A program made the translations under genes and the position numbers. From the IMG/VR virus record IMGVR_UViG_2537561934_000016: 15,809 nucleotides of DNA. The stretch is one strand, 5' to 3'. Below the pieces are notes generated by a model, which was given only the letters and a program-made list of their open reading frames with translations, did no database searches and was not told where the DNA came from. Every line of letters begins with the position of its first letter. The first letter of the stretch is position 1. The stretch comes from a virus. Its lineage: Duplodnaviria > Heunggongvirae > Uroviricota > Caudoviricetes. This document shows, in pieces, positions 14,396 to 15,809 of this stretch.

Positions 14396-15433
14396 ATGCA
14401 CGATAATCCTGAAACACAGAAAACTAATCAAACCAGCGTGATGCCTGAAAAAACTGGCGCTTACTGGAGTTCTCGGTTTAGCATTGCTCCTATGCTCGAC
14501 TGGACGGACAGACATTGCCGCTATTTCTTGCGTCTGCTTTCCCGCAATACGTTGCTGTATACCGAAATGGTGACCACAGGGGCGATTATTCACGGTAAAG
14601 GTGATTACCTGGCGTACAGTGAAGAAGAACATCCGGTAGCGTTGCAACTCGGCGGTAGCGATCCGGCGGCGCTGGCACAGTGTGCGAAGCTGGCAGAAGC
14701 GCGTGGATATGATGAGATCAACCTGAATGTCGGCTGCCCGTCTGACCGGGTGCAGAACGGCATGTTTGGTGCGTGTCTGATGGGTAATGCGCAGCTGGTT
14801 GCCGACTGCGTGAAAGCGATGCGCGATGTGGTGTCGATTCCAGTGACGGTGAAAACGCGTATTGGCATCGATGACCAGGACAGCTATGAATTTCTCTGCG
14901 ATTTCATCAACACCGTTTCCGGCAAAGGCGAGTGTGAGATGTTTATCATCCACGCACGTAAAGCCTGGCTTTCGGGGTTAAGCCCGAAAGAAAACCGTGA
15001 AATCCCGCCGCTCGATTATCCGCGTGTGTATCAACTGAAGCGTGACTTTCCGCATCTGACAATGTCGATTAACGGTGGTATCAAGTCGCTGGAAGAGGCC
15101 AAAGCACACCTGCAACATATGGATGGCGTGATGGTCGGGCGCGAGGCGTATCAGAATCCGGGTATTCTGGCGGCGGTAGACCGGGAGATCTTTGGTTCCT
15201 CGGATACCGATGCCGATCCAGTGGCGGTAGTGCGCGCCATGTATCCGTACATTGAGCGTGAACTCAGCCAGGGGACGTATCTCGGCCATATTACCCGGCA
15301 TATGTTGGGCTTGTTCCAGGGTATTCCTGGCGCGCGGCAGTGGCGGCGTTATTTAAGTGAAAATGCCCATAAAGCGGGTGCAGACATTAATGTGCTGGAA
15401 CACGCGCTCAAACTGGTGGCGGATAAGCGTTAA
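14396..15433 (+). CDS. dusA: tRNA-dihydrouridine(20/20a) synthase DusA, 345 aa
   Basis: Translation carries the Dus family core ([19 protein letters not shown] ... [13 protein letters not shown] ... catalytic region) and ends ... LKLVADKR, as in E. coli DusA. An alternative in-frame start is at 14441 (MPEKTG). The 5' end may be element-supplied. Confidence 0.9.
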   Translation: MHDNPETQKTNQTSVMPEKTGAYWSSRFSIAPMLDWTDRHCRYFLRLLSRNTLLYTEMVTTGAIIHGKGDYLAYSEEEHPVALQLGGSDPAALAQCAKLAEARGYDEINLNVGCPSDRVQNGMFGACLMGNAQLVADCVKAMRDVVSIPVTVKTRIGIDDQDSYEFLCDFINTVSGKGECEMFIIHARKAWLSGLSPKENREIPPLDYPRVYQLKRDFPHLTMSINGGIKSLEEAKAHLQHMDGVMVGREAYQNPGILAAVDREIFGSSDTDADPVAVVRAMYPYIERELSQGTYLGHITRHMLGLFQGIPGARQWRRYLSENAHKAGADINVLEHALKLVADKR

Positions 15434-15464
15434 CTTTTCACCAAAAAGTAGTCAAATTCACCAC

Positions 15465-15497
15465 GCCCTGCGCACCGTCGCGGGGCATTTTGCTGTT
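15465..15497 (+). terminator. Candidate intrinsic terminator after dusA
   Basis: CCCTGCG-CACCGT-CGCGGGG hairpin (one G-U pair) followed by CATTTTGCTGTT. Confidence 0.45.
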
Positions 15498-15515
15498 AAA
15501 TCAATAGATTATTTT

Positions 15516-15531
15516 TGGCATGATTCTTGTA
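15516..15531 (+). promoter_or_regulatory. sigma54-type promoter of pspG
   Basis: TGGCAT-GATTC-TTGTA has the same -24/-12 pattern as the pspA promoter as I recall it (TGGCAC-GCAAA-TTGTA). It sits about 35 nt upstream of the pspG start. Confidence 0.55.
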
Positions 15532-15566
15532 ATGCCAGCAAGAGATTTCATATTTGGGAGAGCATC

Positions 15567-15809
15567 ATGCTGGAACTACTTTTTGTGTTTGGCTTTTTTG
15601 TCATGCTGATGGTCACCGGCGTTTCGTTGCTGGGCATTATCGCCGCGCTGGTTGTGGCGACGGCCATTATGTTCCTCGGCGGTATGCTGGCATTGATGAT
15701 TAAGTTGCTGCCGTGGTTACTACTGGCGATTGCGGTGGTGTGGGTTATTAAGGCGATTAAAGCACCAAAAGTGCCGAAATATCAGCGTTATGACCGCTGG
15801 CGTTACTAA
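15567..15809 (+). CDS. pspG: Phage shock protein G, 80 aa, small inner-membrane protein
   Basis: ATG at 15567 with GGGAGAG upstream. Translation MLELLFVFGFFVMLMVTGVSLLGII ... KYQRYDRWRY. Position directly downstream of dusA matches the E. coli chromosome. The track extension to 15357 is rejected. Confidence 0.9.
   Translation: MLELLFVFGFFVMLMVTGVSLLGIIAALVVATAIMFLGGMLALMIKLLPWLLLAIAVVWVIKAIKAPKVPKYQRYDRWRY

Larger units (their letters stand above)
1..14440. mobile_element. Decayed lambdoid prophage / genomic island integrated at the 5' end of dusA; left boundary lies outside the window
   Basis: Integrase divergent from dusA; cI/cro switch; terminase, W, portal and tail-fibre remnants; DinI-like gene with LexA boxes; AT-rich cargo blocks. 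The right boundary is placed inside the first roughly 45 nt of dusA by inference and was not mapped. Confidence 0.6.

Noticed and set aside
14390-15301. Minus-strand ORFs inside dusA (14390..14953, 14605..14868, 14978..15301)
   Set aside because: Antisense shadows of the conserved dusA coding sequence.
15357-15566. 150-aa version of the pspG ORF
   Set aside because: The upstream 70 codons span the dusA terminator and the sigma54 promoter. The ATG at 15567 with a GGGAGAG ribosome-binding site gives the 80-aa PspG.
1-15809. CRISPR arrays, tRNA or rRNA genes
   Set aside because: No regularly spaced direct repeats with unique spacers and no tRNA-like T-loop or D-loop combinations were seen. The only tandem repeats are the coding tail-fibre repeats.

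Overview
This window reads as the integrase-proximal part of a decayed lambdoid prophage or genomic island inserted at the 5' end of the host gene dusA, in an Escherichia-like chromosome; dusA and pspG at the right edge are host genes. All protein-family calls are from reading the translations and from memory of these families; no database search was run. Left to right: a Panacea-domain (DUF4065) protein with a downstream membrane protein (candidate toxin-antitoxin pair); a minus-strand operon of YfdP-like, YfdQ-like, an AT-rich unknown membrane-anchored protein and a PrtN-family regulator; a GC-rich structured non-coding stretch; a CI (S24) repressor and Cro switch with a palindromic operator; then a lambda-type morphogenesis remnant (terminase large-subunit 3' fragment, gpW-like, portal, N-truncated side tail fibre with a C-terminal S74 chaperone domain) that appears to carry two deletion scars. 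Between the tail fibre and the integrase sits an AT-rich cargo block holding a reverse transcriptase with a YVDD catalytic motif, translationally coupled to an upstream multi-pass membrane protein and preceded by a structured leader with three copies of a GGGGCAGG/CCTGCCCC inverted repeat. This is the best candidate for an undescribed RT-based anti-phage system. Immediately upstream is a DinI-like gene with two LexA boxes, then a tyrosine integrase divergent from dusA. No CRISPR array, tRNA or rRNA was found.
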